A DNA stretch of 64,000 nt, from contig CAVUSO010000001.1 in the NCBI GenBank assembly GCA_963744145.1, positions 2,176,001 through 2,240,000 of the forward strand, written 5' to 3'. This DNA comes from an uncultured cyanobacterium. Lineage in GTDB: Bacteria > Cyanobacteriota > Cyanobacteriia > Cyanobacteriales > CAWUOF01. Shown here in pieces: positions 63,115 through 64,000 of the stretch; the first letter of the stretch is position 1, and every line of letters starts with the position of its first letter. The notes below the pieces were generated by a model. The model searched no databases. It was not told where the DNA came from and was given only the letters and a program-made list of their open reading frames with translations. The position numbers and the translations under genes are program-made.

Positions 63115-64000
63115 ATGAATAATGCAGTATGGTCGATGGAACATCTTTTGTTTACTCCAGCAACACCTGAACCCAATGCGATCGCGACTATCTTTGCTTT
63201 TCCAAATGAATATAGTGTGGGGATTACCAGTTTAGGTTATCAGATTGTCTGGACAACTTTAGCGATGCGTTCAGATGTCCAGGTAAGTCGTTTATTTACA
63301 GATCTGCATGAATCCTTACCAGCACAACCAGAATTAGTAGGTTTTTCGGTATCCTGGGAATTAGATTATGTGAATATTTTAAATTGTCTGGAATTCCTAG
63401 AAATTCCGATTCGTGCTGTGAATCGTTCCGATGATCATCCCTTAGTTTTTGGTGGTGGACCAGTTTTAACCGCGAATCCAGAACCTTTTGCTGATTTTTT
63501 TGATGTGATTTTACTCGGAGATGGAGAAAATCTATTAGGAGATTTGATTGAAGCATATAAAGAAGTCAGGACTGTAGAGCGGAAAAAGCAATTACAGCAC
63601 TTAGCAAAAGTTGCAGGAATTTATATACCGAGTTTATATCAGGTAAATTATCAAGATCCTACCGGAGCGATCGCGTCAATTGAACCGATCACTCCTGAAA
63701 TTCCCCACCAGATTCACAAACAAACTTATCGAGGTAATATATTATCCGCGTCAACAGTGGTAACTGAAAAAGCAGCTTGGGAAAATATTTATATGGTGGA
63801 GGTAGTGCGTAGTTGTCCAGAAATGTGTCGGTTTTGTTTAGCTAGTTATTTAACTTTACCATTTCGGACTGCTAGTATAGAATCTTCATTAATTCCCGCA
63901 ATTAATCGAGGGTTAACTGTAACTAATCGATTGGGTTTATTAGGTGCTTCTGTTACTCAGCATCCAGAATTTGAGGTTTTATTAGATTATTTAAGTCAAC
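63115..64000 (+). CDS. B12-binding/radical SAM protein (3' end runs off the window)
   Basis: Not in the ORF track; translates as IFAFPNEYSVGITSLGYQ...GGPVLTANPEP...EVVRSCPEMCRFC (CxxxCxxC). Confidence 0.9.
   Translation, partial: MNNAVWSMEHLLFTPATPEPNAIATIFAFPNEYSVGITSLGYQIVWTTLAMRSDVQVSRLFTDLHESLPAQPELVGFSVSWELDYVNILNCLEFLEIPIRAVNRSDDHPLVFGGGPVLTANPEPFADFFDVILLGDGENLLGDLIEAYKEVRTVERKKQLQHLAKVAGIYIPSLYQVNYQDPTGAIASIEPITPEIPHQIHKQTYRGNILSASTVVTEKAAWENIYMVEVVRSCPEMCRFCLASYLTLPFRTASIESSLIPAINRGLTVTNRLGLLGASVTQHPEFEVLLDYLSQ

Noticed and set aside
63296..63556. 86-aa minus-strand ORF
   Set aside because: Antisense to the radical SAM gene, which the track missed because it runs off the window.

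Overview
AT-rich cyanobacterial chromosomal DNA: the HIP1 octamer GCGATCGC is frequent and psaD, crr7 and a Hik2-like kinase are present. Most of the window is housekeeping or signalling genes: NDP-sugar synthase, gltD, K+ channel, GGDEF/EAL, hybrid kinase, trpE, psaD, SusB-like sucrose synthase plus GH65-betaPGM, cysK/Rrf2/cysE/Crp, argB, aroK, SemiSWEET and a radical SAM gene. Three accessory zones stand out. (1) 4.1-17.2 kb: two tandem haemagglutinin(TPS)-CHAT caspase-like giant genes with near-identical promoters, leaders and 5' ends but different, repeat-expanded middles. (2) 21.9-30.0 kb: a shuffled hotspot of three Uma2 genes, an orphan xisI, gene remnants, a VapBC module and an ABC-ATPase + TOPRIM-like (DUF4276-type) pair. 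The last 3.5 kb is bracketed by a 33-bp direct repeat and an inverted pair of GTAG-REP hairpins. (3) 39.3-42.6 kb: two different IS4-family elements, each inserted into a hairpin of the same palindromic repeat array. No rRNA, tRNA or CRISPR array was recognised. Product calls come from motif recognition only; no database search was run.
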